The notes beneath the pieces are model-generated. The model saw only the letters and a list, made by a program, of their open reading frames with translations, was not told the origin of the DNA and did no database searches. Shown here piece by piece: positions 43,951 to 53,598 of a stretch of DNA of 64,000 nucleotides. The stretch spans positions 2,208,001-2,272,000 of the forward strand of contig CBDBGH010000003.1 in the NCBI GenBank assembly GCA_965205265.1. The letters run 5' to 3'. This DNA is from Alphaproteobacteria bacterium. GTDB lineage: Bacteria > Pseudomonadota > Alphaproteobacteria > Bin95. Position 1 is the first letter of the stretch. Every line of letters begins with the position of its first letter. The position numbers and the translations under genes were made by a program.

Positions 43951-44778
43951 ATGCAGGTGAAACCGCTTTCCGGGTCTTGCGGGGCCGAGGTGCGCGGCAT
44001 CGATCTCGCGGCGCTCAACGACAAGGGCTTCGCAGCGGTCAACGAGGTCTTCCTTCACCACAAGGTGCTTTGCTTCCGTGACCAGGAGTTGGACGAGGAA
44101 GCGCTGATGGCGTTCGGCCTGCGCTTCGGCCCGCTGATCGTGCATCCCAACCTGCTGGCGGAGGGCAGGCATCCCGAGGTCATCGCGATCCGCAAGGAGC
44201 CGGAGGACAAGGCGGCGGTCGGCGAGAACTGGCACACCGACACGACCTGCCTGGAGCGGCCGCCGCTCGCTTCGGCGCTCTACGCCCTTGAGGTGCCGCC
44301 GGCGGGCGGCGACACGCTGTTCGCCGACCAGCAGGGCGCCTGGGAGCTCCTGTCGGACGGCATGAAGGAGACGCTGTCCGGCATGCGCGCCGTGCATAAC
44401 GACACCCGCGTTGCCGGGCCGGCGACGAACTTCAACGCGCTTCGCTCGACCAGGAACCGCGAGGACGACGCCTGGCGGCCCACGGAGAGCGTGCATCCGG
44501 TGGTGCGCACCCATCCCGAGACCGGGCGCAAGGGCCTGTTCGTCAACCGCGCCTACACCATCCGCTTCGAAGGCATGACGGAAGCCGAGAGCACGCCGCT
44601 GCTGGACTATCTCTACGCGGCGGGCGAGCGCGTGGAGCTGACCTGCCGCGTCTCCTGGGAGCCGGGCACCCTGACCCTCTGGGACAATCGCTGCCTCAAG
44701 CACGCCGCCATCAACGACTATCCCGGCCACCGCCGCGACATGCGCCGCATCCAGATAGAGGGCGACCGGCCGGTATAG
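43951..44778 (+). CDS. TauD/TfdA 2-oxoglutarate-dependent dioxygenase
   Basis: WHTD, GGDTLF, HPVVRTHPETGRK, WDNR..H. Confidence 0.92.
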   Translation: MQVKPLSGSCGAEVRGIDLAALNDKGFAAVNEVFLHHKVLCFRDQELDEEALMAFGLRFGPLIVHPNLLAEGRHPEVIAIRKEPEDKAAVGENWHTDTTCLERPPLASALYALEVPPAGGDTLFADQQGAWELLSDGMKETLSGMRAVHNDTRVAGPATNFNALRSTRNREDDAWRPTESVHPVVRTHPETGRKGLFVNRAYTIRFEGMTEAESTPLLDYLYAAGERVELTCRVSWEPGTLTLWDNRCLKHAAINDYPGHRRDMRRIQIEGDRPV

Positions 44779-44816
44779 AGAGCGTATTCTTGGCGACGGA
44801 AGCAGGCGAAGACGCC

Positions 44817-45077
44817 ATGCATACCGTCATCGCCGACAAGAAGGAGGAAGTGGCCGCGCTCTGCCGGCGTCACGGCGTTGCGCGGCCGGGGGAGTTCGGT
44901 TCGGCGGCGCGCGGCGCGGATTTCGACCCCGAGACGAGCGACGCCGATTTCCTCGTGGAATTCAGCCCTGCCGCCGGCCCCGGACGCTGTGGGGTGAGCC
45001 CCATGGTCCGGACAGTTTCAAGCAGCGTTTTTGACAGGAATGGGCTCTCCGGGCGAAAGGTTGCCCCTCTTGCGTGA
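44817..45077 (+). pseudogene. Degenerate minimal nucleotidyltransferase (MNT) antitoxin, no HEPN partner
   Basis: LCRRHGV..FGSAARGADFDPETSDADFLVEF, then similarity is lost. Confidence 0.7.
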
Positions 45078-45276
45078 CGCCCCCCGGATCGGGTCCCCCG
45101 CTTTCGCGAGGGCATGCCGGGGCGGCACAAAGGGAAGGCCGCGGCTGCATCCCGGGCAGTTACGACATTCCATGACATGCAGGGGGCCGCCGGAACATGT
45201 GTAAATCCAACCGCCCGCTGGCCGGGGTTCGCCCCGTCCGGGGCCATGCGGCGGGTGCACGTCGCATTTGTGAGAT

Positions 45277-46659
45277 TCATGGTATTGCGCCGGCTCGTCG
45301 TTCCCAGAAGTCGTCGAAGCGATTGCTCTCGACGGCGCAGCGCAGGGCGATGATGGCGTTGGCGCCGTTGACGGTCCAGCGCATGCCTCCCTGCTTGAGG
45401 CGGGCGCCGACGATGTTCTTGCAGCCGCCCTCGACCACGCCGCTGGCCACGCACAAGCCCATCGCGCGGAACTTCGGGTAGTTCATGCGCTCGCGGTTGT
45501 TGGTGAAATACTCGGCGTTCTTGCGGGCGTTCTCGCAAGTTTCGGCATGGCCCTTGAGGGCGGCGATCACCTCGTCGACGCGGCCCTCGTCGAGTTCCTC
45601 GCGCCGCTTCCCGGCCCATCGCTCACCGATCTCGCTGCCGGTCCCGTAGATCGCCTTGGCTGCGTCGAACAGGTGGCCCTTGGCATGGAAGATGTCGACG
45701 ATCTGGATGGCGTCGGGGAAGTGCTCATCGGCGAAGTTCCAGATCCACGGCGCGCCGTCGCCGAGGATGACCCGGCGCTCGGCCGTGTCGAAGCCGCGGC
45801 GTTCGGCCTCGCGGATGACACGCCGGGCGAAGGGCGCGGGCTCGGGGTCGAACTCGCGGGTGGCGATGGATTCGATGGCGGCGTTGTAGGTGGCGGAGCC
45901 GGGGTCGCGCACCGGACGCCCCTCCCTGTCGACGGTCTCCGCCGACCACACGACGGCGAGCTTGGCCTCGCGGGTGCTGGCGGAGCCGTCGGGCTGCTTG
46001 CCCGCGCGGCCCTCGACCTCGGTCTTGCGCGCCGGCACGCCGGTGCCGTCGAGGCCGAGATAGAGGGTGGGGGCGTCGGACGGCTCGGGTTCGATCACGC
46101 GGCATTCGTCGCCTGCGATCTCTCGCCCGAGCGCCTCGGCATGGCGTTCGACCGTCTTCGGCGCGACAGCCAGGCCTGCCAGTTCGCGCAACAGGGCGCT
46201 GGAGCCCTCGAAGCTGGTACGGGCAGCAGCAACGCCGATCATGCGCAGCGCCGCCGGTGAGAGGAAAGTATCTTGCATGCCGAGGGTTCGATCACGCGGG
46301 CTGAAGCCGCGGTGGCAACGGTCGCAGTGATACCAGGCGCGCTCCAGCGTCAGAGGGCCGAGAGCGGTGGTGAAGGTCTTGGGCCGGCGGCCGGCGAAGC
46401 GCGCCTCGCCGCCGCACGCACACGACAGCCACGGTCCCCGGTTGTCGGAACGGTCGGCATTGAGCCTGTGGGCGACGGCCTGCCCCATGATCTGCAACGC
46501 AACCCGCCGCGCTTCGATCTCGATCGCCTGGAAGTCATCGACGACGCCCGCGCCGATCAGCCACTCGACCTCGGCCTCGACCTCCTCCGCGATCGCTGCG
46601 TCGAGACCCCCCTTTTTCCCGGCGCGGCCGGCTTGTCCGCGTCCAGCCTGGCATCGCAT
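45277..46659 (-). CDS. ISKra4-family transposase, probably reached by -1 frameshift
   Basis: CACG, CDRC, LDGTG, GDGAPWIW, DIFHA, SGVVEGGCK, GMRW. Confidence 0.88.
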   Translation of the reverse strand: MRCQAGRGQAGRAGKKGGLDAAIAEEVEAEVEWLIGAGVVDDFQAIEIEARRVALQIMGQAVAHRLNADRSDNRGPWLSCACGGEARFAGRRPKTFTTALGPLTLERAWYHCDRCHRGFSPRDRTLGMQDTFLSPAALRMIGVAAARTSFEGSSALLRELAGLAVAPKTVERHAEALGREIAGDECRVIEPEPSDAPTLYLGLDGTGVPARKTEVEGRAGKQPDGSASTREAKLAVVWSAETVDREGRPVRDPGSATYNAAIESIATREFDPEPAPFARRVIREAERRGFDTAERRVILGDGAPWIWNFADEHFPDAIQIVDIFHAKGHLFDAAKAIYGTGSEIGERWAGKRREELDEGRVDEVIAALKGHAETCENARKNAEYFTNNRERMNYPKFRAMGLCVASGVVEGGCKNIVGARLKQGGMRWTVNGANAIIALRCAVESNRFDDFWERRAGAIP

Positions 46660-46988
46660 ATCCGGCCGCTGACCTCGACAAGCGCGCGCACCAGACCGCG
46701 AAGCCGCTGGTATTCCGCGATCTGCGCCCGCGTTCCCTCAATGGCGTCGGCGGGAACGGTGCGGCCGCGGGACTTCCCTGTCTCCCTGTCCGGCCAAGTC
46801 AACAACCAGTAGGGGCCATGCCCCTGCGCCCCCTCGACCGCGCAATGGCAGTTCGGTTTGCCGCACTTGCGGTACTGTGCCCTGAGCGAACCCTGACGGA
46901 GGTCGCCGATGCCCGCAATCTCCCGCAGCAGCTCGCCACGCTGTTCGACGAGGCCGTCGTGATCGGTCCTGGCCATGTCCGCCTCCAT
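46557..46988 (-). CDS. IS-associated Zn-ribbon ORF (DUF6788-like)
   Basis: GSL..YRKCGKPNCHC..GHGPYW. Confidence 0.8.
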   Translation of the reverse strand: MEADMARTDHDGLVEQRGELLREIAGIGDLRQGSLRAQYRKCGKPNCHCAVEGAQGHGPYWLLTWPDRETGKSRGRTVPADAIEGTRAQIAEYQRLRGLVRALVEVSGRICDARLDADKPAAPGKRGVSTQRSRRRSRPRSSG

Positions 46989-47181
46989 CTGTCCCCAAAT
47001 ATAAGAAACAGATATCGTGGCGAAACCATGGCATTTCTCAACCTCGCAAAATCAGGACGTGCACCCCCATGCGGCGACCGGCTTGCAGTTGCGCACCCGG
47101 ACTTGCTATGGTGGAAGGTCAGCGGGCAGGCCAACGGGGCGCAGCCCGCTTGAGGGGAAACACGACCAAGGGAGTGCAAAC

Positions 47182-48216
47182 ATGAAGATCGTGCGTCTGG
47201 CATGCGGCGTCGCCGCAGCGGCCATGGTGGGAGGCGTCGCCATGTCCGCTTCCGCCGCAGATGAGGTGCTCTGGAACTTCTCCGCCTGGGGCAAGCCGCG
47301 CGCCTTTACCAAGGGCATCGATGCGATGAGCGAGTACCTTGCCGAGAAATCGGGCGGCAATTTCAAGCTCAAGATTCACTATGGCGAGGCGATCTCGCCC
47401 TCGAAAGAGAACATCGACGGCATCAAGATCGGCAGCCACGAAGCTGCGATGATGTGCACCTCCTACCATCCCGGCAAGAACCCGGCCGGCACGGTGCTGG
47501 ACCTGCCGTTCCTGCCCATCTCCGACCTGACGGTTCAGGCGAAGGTGCATGAGGACTTCATCCAGCATCCGGAGTTCAAGAAGGAGATGAAGCGCTGGAA
47601 CGCCATTCCGGTCTTCTCCGGCATCCTGCCGCAATACGAGGCGATGGGCGTCGGCGAGCCGGCCAGGAGCGCGGCGGACTTCAAGGGCCTGCGGGTCCGC
47701 GGCCTCGGCGGCATCGGCCAGTTCTTCGACAAGCTGGGCGCGGTGCCGACCACGGTGACGGCGTCGGAAAGCTACACGGCGCTCGAGCGCGGCACCATCC
47801 AGGTCATGACCTTCCCCTACAGCTACGCCTTCGGCGCCTACAGGCATCACGAAGTCGCCAAGTGGTACACGGAAGGCATGGCGCTGGGTTCGGTCTTCTG
47901 CCCGCAGATCATGAGCGTCACCGCCTACAACGCCCTTCCGGACGAATACCGGGCGCTGTTCAACGACGAGATGAAGTGGAACTCGTACAACACGCTGATC
48001 GACGCCTACAAGGAAGCCGACAAGAAGTGGATTCCGATCTACGAAAAGGCCATGGAGCGGGTGGAATTCACCAAGGAACAACGCGACGAGTTCGTGAAGA
48101 TCGGAGCGGAGCCGGTCTGGAACGAGTGGGTGGAAAACAACAAGGACAAGCTTCCTGCCCAGGAGCTCCTGGACTTCGTTCTCGAGCGCGCGGCGCACCA
48201 CAACAAGGAAGCGTAG
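47182..48216 (+). CDS. dctP: TRAP transporter solute-binding subunit
   Basis: Signal peptide, DLPFL, DFKGLRVR, YTALERG. Confidence 0.88.
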   Translation: MKIVRLACGVAAAAMVGGVAMSASAADEVLWNFSAWGKPRAFTKGIDAMSEYLAEKSGGNFKLKIHYGEAISPSKENIDGIKIGSHEAAMMCTSYHPGKNPAGTVLDLPFLPISDLTVQAKVHEDFIQHPEFKKEMKRWNAIPVFSGILPQYEAMGVGEPARSAADFKGLRVRGLGGIGQFFDKLGAVPTTVTASESYTALERGTIQVMTFPYSYAFGAYRHHEVAKWYTEGMALGSVFCPQIMSVTAYNALPDEYRALFNDEMKWNSYNTLIDAYKEADKKWIPIYEKAMERVEFTKEQRDEFVKIGAEPVWNEWVENNKDKLPAQELLDFVLERAAHHNKEA

Positions 48217-48241
48217 AGGCCTGAGTCCTCGTAAGTATGGG

Positions 48242-48281
48242 TGGGGCCGTTCCGTCGCGAACGGCCCCATTCTGTTGTTTG
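48242..48281 (+). terminator. Hairpin plus T-rich tail after dctP
   Basis: tggggccgttc-N6-gaacggcccca followed by ttctgttgttt. Confidence 0.65.
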
Positions 48282-48305
48282 CCGTAAGGGGAGGAAGCGG
48301 ATTCT

Positions 48306-48962
48306 ATGGCTCAGGCTGAGACGCAAAACGGGCGCCGGAACAGCGCCTTGTCGGGTATAGATCGCTTTTTCGGCCGCATAGAGGATGCCGTCACGCTTTT
48401 CGCGTCGGGGGCCATCTTCATATTGATGCTGTTCGTGGTCTGCGAAGTCATAGGCAGATATGTCTTTAACAGGCCGATCCCCGGAGCGATCGACTGGATC
48501 GAGGTCTATATGGCGATCTTCGCCTTCCTCCCCGCGGCCTACGCGCAGCGGCTGGGCGTGCATGTCCGCATGGAACTCGTCGTCGCCAAGATGCGCGGCA
48601 GACTGTTGTGGGGCGTTGAATGTTTCGCCGTCTGCATCGGTGTCGTTTATTGCCTCATCATCATCGACAAGAGTTGGGAGCATTTTCTGAGGTCCATTAT
48701 CGATGGAGACAGCACAATCGACGTGCAACTCCAGACCTGGCCCGGAAAATTGGTCGTTCCCGTCGCGCTCACACTGCTTTGCATACGGCTCATCATCCAG
48801 GTCTGGGGTTACGGCCGGCTGGCGCTCGATCCCGGCAAGGCTCCGCAGGCGGTGCCGATCATCATGGACGCCGCGGAGCATGCGAGGGCCGAGATCGAAG
48901 AGGTCATGGGACGAGAGAGCCAAGACCCGACGGACCCGCCCGACGGCGGCTCCAGGGCTTAA
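48306..48962 (+). CDS. dctQ: TRAP small permease
   Basis: Four TM helices, GRYVFNRPIPG, HVRME. Confidence 0.88.
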   Translation: MAQAETQNGRRNSALSGIDRFFGRIEDAVTLFASGAIFILMLFVVCEVIGRYVFNRPIPGAIDWIEVYMAIFAFLPAAYAQRLGVHVRMELVVAKMRGRLLWGVECFAVCIGVVYCLIIIDKSWEHFLRSIIDGDSTIDVQLQTWPGKLVVPVALTLLCIRLIIQVWGYGRLALDPGKAPQAVPIIMDAAEHARAEIEEVMGRESQDPTDPPDGGSRA

Positions 48963-48977
48963 AGGGGGGCGGTTATT

Positions 48978-50294
48978 ATGGATCCGTTCAATGCAGGTCT
49001 CGTATCGGTCGCGGTCATCATCGGGATGGTCGTGCTCGGCGTTCGCGTCGCCTACGCCTCCGGAATTGCCGGCGTTGTCGGGCTGATCATGCTGCGGGGT
49101 TACGACCCCGGCGCCGGCCTCGCGGGCCTGCTCGCCCATTCGCAGGTCAGCCATGTCACCCTCTCGGTGCTGCCGATGTTCATCCTCATCGGCTTCCTGG
49201 CCTTCTATGCCGGGCTGACCCGAAGCGCGTTCTACGCGGCGCGTTGCTGGCTCGGCACCCTGCCGGGCGGCCTCGCCGTCGCAACCGTTTTCGCGACCGC
49301 CGGCTTCGCTGCGGTGTCCGGCGCTTCGACGGCGACGGCCGCCGTGTTCAGCCGCGTCGCCATCCCCGAGATGCTGAAATACGGCTACGAGCGCAGCCTG
49401 GCTGCCGGCGTGGTCGCGGCGGGCGGCACGCTTGCATCGCTCATCCCGCCGAGCGCCATTCTGGTGATCTACGCCATCATCGTCGAGGAATCGGTCGGCG
49501 CCCTGCTGCTGGCGGGCTTCATACCGGGCGCGCTTTCGGCGGTCATCTATGCGGTGCTGATCGTCTTCCGCTGCAAGCTGAATCCCAAGCTGGGCGCGCC
49601 GGTCTCGGCGGTTCCGCTGGCCGAGAAGTTCCGCTCCCTGGCCGGCGCCTCGGGTATCTTCTTCGTGATCTTCATCATCCTGGGCGGCATCTACACGGGC
49701 GTGATGACCCCGACCGAGGTCGGCGGCGTCGCCGCATTCGTGATCTTCCTGATCGCGCTTGCGAAACGCAATATGAACCTCGCGAACCTGCGCGAATCGC
49801 TCATGGAGACCGCGAAGCTCACGGTCTTCATCTTCACGATCATCTGGTCGATCCTGATCTATGTGCGCTTCCTCGGCTTCTCGGGCCTGCCGGAGGCGTT
49901 CGCCAATTTCGTCGTCGGCCTCGACGTGCCGCCGCTCGTGGTGATGATCCTGATCCTGCTCGCCTATGTCGTGCTCGGCATGTTCATGGACGGCATCGGG
50001 ATGCTGCTCTTGACCCTGCCGGTCGTCTATCCGGCGGTCACGGCGCTCGGCTACGACCCGGTCTGGTTCGGCATCATCATCGTGAAGATGGTGGAGGTGT
50101 GCCTGGTCACGCCGCCCATCGGCCTCAACTGTTTCGTGGTCAACGGCGTGCGCCCGGACATTCCGCTGGAGGAAGTCTTCAAGGGAATCTGGCCGTTCTT
50201 CGTGGCCGACATCATCACGGTCGCCGTGCTCGTCGCCTTCCCCGGCATCGTGCTCTGGCTGCCGCGATTGATGATCCAGAACATCACCGCATAG
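48978..50294 (+). CDS. dctM: TRAP large permease
   Basis: LPMFIL, GTLASLIPPS, TPTE, TPPIGLN. Confidence 0.93.
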   Translation: MDPFNAGLVSVAVIIGMVVLGVRVAYASGIAGVVGLIMLRGYDPGAGLAGLLAHSQVSHVTLSVLPMFILIGFLAFYAGLTRSAFYAARCWLGTLPGGLAVATVFATAGFAAVSGASTATAAVFSRVAIPEMLKYGYERSLAAGVVAAGGTLASLIPPSAILVIYAIIVEESVGALLLAGFIPGALSAVIYAVLIVFRCKLNPKLGAPVSAVPLAEKFRSLAGASGIFFVIFIILGGIYTGVMTPTEVGGVAAFVIFLIALAKRNMNLANLRESLMETAKLTVFIFTIIWSILIYVRFLGFSGLPEAFANFVVGLDVPPLVVMILILLAYVVLGMFMDGIGMLLLTLPVVYPAVTALGYDPVWFGIIIVKMVEVCLVTPPIGLNCFVVNGVRPDIPLEEVFKGIWPFFVADIITVAVLVAFPGIVLWLPRLMIQNITA

Positions 50295-50318
50295 AGCGGG
50301 GCCGGCGCGGTTTTCCGT

Positions 50319-51875
50319 TCAGGAAAGCCGCGCCGCCAGCCCCATCGGCTCGTCGCGGAAGAGAGCCGCCGGCATTTCGTGAAGATCGTCGGCAATGCGG
50401 GGCCGGAAGGCCATTCGCGCCAGCACGTCGCGTTCGAGATCGACGCCCGGCGCAATTTCGACGACCACCGGCCCGGCCTCCCCGATGCGGAAGACGCAGC
50501 GCTCCGTCACCGCCATGATCGTTTGCCCGCGCGCAAGACCGGCGCGGGCGTTGAAGCTGATCTGCTCGACCGCTTCGACAAATTTAACCGGATCGCCATC
50601 CTGCCGGATGTCGAGACGACCGTCCGCGGCGCGGATATCGGATTCTCCCGCAGAGAACTGACCGCAGAAGACGACCCGCTTCGCGCCCTGCGTCACATTG
50701 AAGAAGCCGCCTATGCCGGGAATGCGCGTACTGAGCTTCGACACATTGACATTGCCGGCGGCATCGAGCTCCGCCATGCCGACGAAGGTTATGTCCAGCC
50801 CGCCGCCGTCGTAGAAGTCGAACTGGTAGGTGTTGTCGATGACCGAACTCGGATTGACCGCCGCGCCGAAGGAAAGCCCATAGGCCGGATAGCCGCCGGT
50901 TGCGCCCGACTCCACCGTGAGCGTGAAGGCGTCGCCGCAGCCCTCTTCGCCCGCCACCGTCGCCACATATTCGGGCGCGCCCACGCCGAGATTGACCACA
51001 TCGCCCCGGCGGAGCTCCATCGCCGCGCGCCGCCCGATCACCTTCTTGACCGACAGCGGCTGCGGCGGACGCGCGCTCAGGTCCGCGCGCACCTCGCCGG
51101 AGAACACCGGGTCGTAGGCCGTTGCGAAGGTCTGCGGGTGGTTCTCCGGCCGCGCGACGACGACCCGGTCCACGAGATGGCCGGGAATCACGACCTTTCT
51201 CGGGTCGAGCGAGCCGCGCTCCGCAATGCGCTCGACCTGCGCCAGCACGGCGCCGCCGGAATTCCGCACCGCCTGCGCGAAGCTGGGCCCTTGGAAGGTT
51301 CCGATCTCGCGCTCCATGGTGATATTGCCGTCCGGGTCCGCGGTCGTGCCTCTCAGCAGGCCGGCATCGAGCCGCATGGAGGGATAGAACAACCAGTCCC
51401 GCCCGCTGAGCCGCACGCGCTCCACATAGTCCTCGACCGTGCGCGCGTTCACCTTGCTGCCGCCATGTTCGGGATCGACGAAGGTGCCGAGGCCGACATG
51501 GGTCACGAGGCCCGGCCGTCCCGCCGCAATCTCCCGGTAGAGCTGGACGATGACGCCGAGCGGCAGCAGGTAGCCTTCGATCTCGTTGTCGATCAGCCGG
51601 CGCTGGAGCATCCGGTTCAGGTTGAGATAGGAGGTCATGAGCCGGCGGATCATCCCGTCATGGCGCAGGCGGTCGAGGCCGCGCCCGCGCGTGTCTCCGG
51701 AGCCGGTGGAGGCGATGACGGTCAGCCCACCGGGCTCGCCCGTCTCCAGGAACCGCGCCTCCAGGGCCAGCAGCAGCTCTTCCGGGCAGACCGAGCCGAC
51801 GAATCCGTCCACGCCCAGCACCGCCCCCGAAGGCACCAGCGCCGCCGCCTCGGCAGCCGTGACGATCTTGCTCAT
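50319..51875 (-). CDS. Acyl-CoA:acetate CoA transferase (YdiF/propionate CoA-transferase-like)
   Basis: VGLGTFVDP, VNLGVG, TVESG, GNVNVS, TERCVF. Confidence 0.9.
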   Translation of the reverse strand: MSKIVTAAEAAALVPSGAVLGVDGFVGSVCPEELLLALEARFLETGEPGGLTVIASTGSGDTRGRGLDRLRHDGMIRRLMTSYLNLNRMLQRRLIDNEIEGYLLPLGVIVQLYREIAAGRPGLVTHVGLGTFVDPEHGGSKVNARTVEDYVERVRLSGRDWLFYPSMRLDAGLLRGTTADPDGNITMEREIGTFQGPSFAQAVRNSGGAVLAQVERIAERGSLDPRKVVIPGHLVDRVVVARPENHPQTFATAYDPVFSGEVRADLSARPPQPLSVKKVIGRRAAMELRRGDVVNLGVGAPEYVATVAGEEGCGDAFTLTVESGATGGYPAYGLSFGAAVNPSSVIDNTYQFDFYDGGGLDITFVGMAELDAAGNVNVSKLSTRIPGIGGFFNVTQGAKRVVFCGQFSAGESDIRAADGRLDIRQDGDPVKFVEAVEQISFNARAGLARGQTIMAVTERCVFRIGEAGPVVVEIAPGVDLERDVLARMAFRPRIADDLHEMPAALFRDEPMGLAARLS

Positions 51876-51941
51876 GGTTGCATCTGCATCGATTCAATCT
51901 TCCAGGGAGCCGGGGCGCTACTCCGGAGCGCAGTTCCCCGC

Positions 51942-52367
51942 TCAGTCACCATCGCGGAACGGGTTGACGATTTGCAAATCGTCGATCCGCTGGCCGTGCT
52001 GGAGGTCCTCCGTAAAGAGTACGCCCGCGCCAGCACTCAACGCCGCCTCGACGATCAGCGAGTCCCAATAGGACAGCCGCATCGAACGGCTCCGGCGGAT
52101 GGCGGCGTTCACCGTCTCGGGATGGACCGGCTGGACGCGGAACCGGCTGAATGCATCGACGGCCTGCGCTGCCGTTTCCAAGCTCATCGATTCGGCAAAT
52201 TTCCGTGTCACCGTCACATAGAACTCGCCGAGTACCTGTATGCTGAAAACGATGCAGTCCCTCTCTCTGCGCAGGAGTTCCTGCGCACGCGTTCGCTTTT
52301 CCGGCGCATCCGCATCGAACAGATAGACCAGTACATTCGTATCGACGAATTTCCATTCAACGCTCAT
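51942..52367 (-). CDS. PIN-domain (VapC) toxin
   Basis: FVDTNVLVY, QVLGEFY, SYWDSLIV, TEDLQHG. Confidence 0.92.
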   Translation of the reverse strand: MSVEWKFVDTNVLVYLFDADAPEKRTRAQELLRRERDCIVFSIQVLGEFYVTVTRKFAESMSLETAAQAVDAFSRFRVQPVHPETVNAAIRRSRSMRLSYWDSLIVEAALSAGAGVLFTEDLQHGQRIDDLQIVNPFRDGD

Positions 52368-52584
52368 GAAGATCGCTGCGCGTCCAGACCGCGCCACCAC
52401 GCCGGGAATCGCTCGACCGCGACAAAGCCAGTAGCGAATCGCAGGCATCGGCGCGTCGGCGACCGATACCCGCATAAGCATGCAGATATTCCCGCACGAC
52501 CGCATTCACGGACGTTCTTTCCCGAATTGCCCGAATCCGGGCGTGCTCGAGAACATCGTCGTCGATGGAGATCGTCAGATTCAT
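52357..52584 (-). CDS. RHH-type antitoxin
   Basis: MNLTISIDDDVL..TSVNAVVREYL..WTRSDLHER. Confidence 0.85.
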   Translation of the reverse strand: MNLTISIDDDVLEHARIRAIRERTSVNAVVREYLHAYAGIGRRRADACDSLLALSRSSDSRRGGAVWTRSDLHER

Positions 52585-52598
52585 CTTCGAGCTCCTTT

Positions 52599-52630
52599 TA
52601 CACGGATTCTCAATTACACGGGATCCGTGT
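52599..52630. promoter_or_regulatory. Probable autoregulatory operator of the vapBC operon
   Basis: TACACGG twice and palindrome ACACGG-gat-CCGTGT just upstream of the antitoxin. Confidence 0.55.
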
Positions 52631-52650
52631 GCAAATCGACTGGAATAATT

Positions 52651-53448
52651 TCACTTGGCTGTATTCGGAAACCCCTGCGCGGACCCGGCGGTGAAGCCGA
52701 CCCGGCCGAGCGGGCCGAAATCCGCGAGGACCTGCGCGCCGGGCCGGATGGCGGCGACGCCGGTGCAGGTGCCCGTGTTCACGCGGTCGCCGGCCCGGAG
52801 CCCGTCGCCGCGCTCGCGCAGATGGTTGGCGAGCCATAAGAGCACCAGCGCCGGGTCGCCGAGCGCGAGCGCCCCGGTTCCCTCGGCCAGCGCTTCGCCA
52901 TCCACCGAGAGCGACACGCCGGCATCCCGCAGGTCCCGGTCCCGCCAGTCGGGCCGCAACTCGCCCTCGACGAAGGCGATATTGGCGCCGAAGTCGGCCG
53001 TCACGCCTTCCCGCCCGAGCCCGGCCAGACCGCCCTCGAAGCGCGATCCGACGACCTCTATGCCGCCGGCGACACCCATGACCGCCGCCATGACGTGTTC
53101 GCGTTCGAAGGGCGCCTCGCGCGGCGGCAGGCCCTCGCCCATCACGAAGACGAACTCGCGCTCCACGGCCGGCGCATGCGCCGCGAAGATGGGCACGTCC
53201 GCCCCGCTCTCGAAGCAGAAAGGTTCGAGCAGCGCACCGGCACCGGGCCGGTCGGTGCCGAGCTTGCGCCGTGCTTCGGCGCTGGTCGATCCGACCTTCC
53301 AGCCGGAGCGGGAACAACCCGACGCCCGCACCGCCCTTTCCTGGACCCGGTAGGCGTCGTCCAGACCGGAGAGGTCCTGCCTCGCTTCCGCCTCGACCAG
53401 GGTTCCGGCCCGCCGGGCCTCCCACAAGCGCCCTGCCAGATCGGCCAT
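52651..53448 (-). CDS. 2-keto-4-pentenoate hydratase / FAH family
   Basis: AYRVQ, GWKVG, IEVVGSR, WLANHL..GLRAGD, TGT. Confidence 0.85.
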   Translation of the reverse strand: MADLAGRLWEARRAGTLVEAEARQDLSGLDDAYRVQERAVRASGCSRSGWKVGSTSAEARRKLGTDRPGAGALLEPFCFESGADVPIFAAHAPAVEREFVFVMGEGLPPREAPFEREHVMAAVMGVAGGIEVVGSRFEGGLAGLGREGVTADFGANIAFVEGELRPDWRDRDLRDAGVSLSVDGEALAEGTGALALGDPALVLLWLANHLRERGDGLRAGDRVNTGTCTGVAAIRPGAQVLADFGPLGRVGFTAGSAQGFPNTAK

Positions 53449-53598
53449 CCGGTGCCTGCCTTTCTTCCGCTTCGACGAATTTGGCAGCAACCCTATCCCG
53501 CCCGACTGCCGTGCGAAAGGATGTCCCCGTTCCGCCCGGGGTCTTTCCCCGCGCCTGAATCTCTTTAGGCTTCCCCGGCACGACGAAGGGGGACGGCG

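Larger units (their letters stand above)
45253..47066 (-). mobile_element. ISKra4-family element, 1814 bp, 9-bp DR CCATGCGGC
   Basis: IRs GGGTGCACGTC / GACGTGCACCC; DR at 45244-45252 and 47067-47075. Confidence 0.88.
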
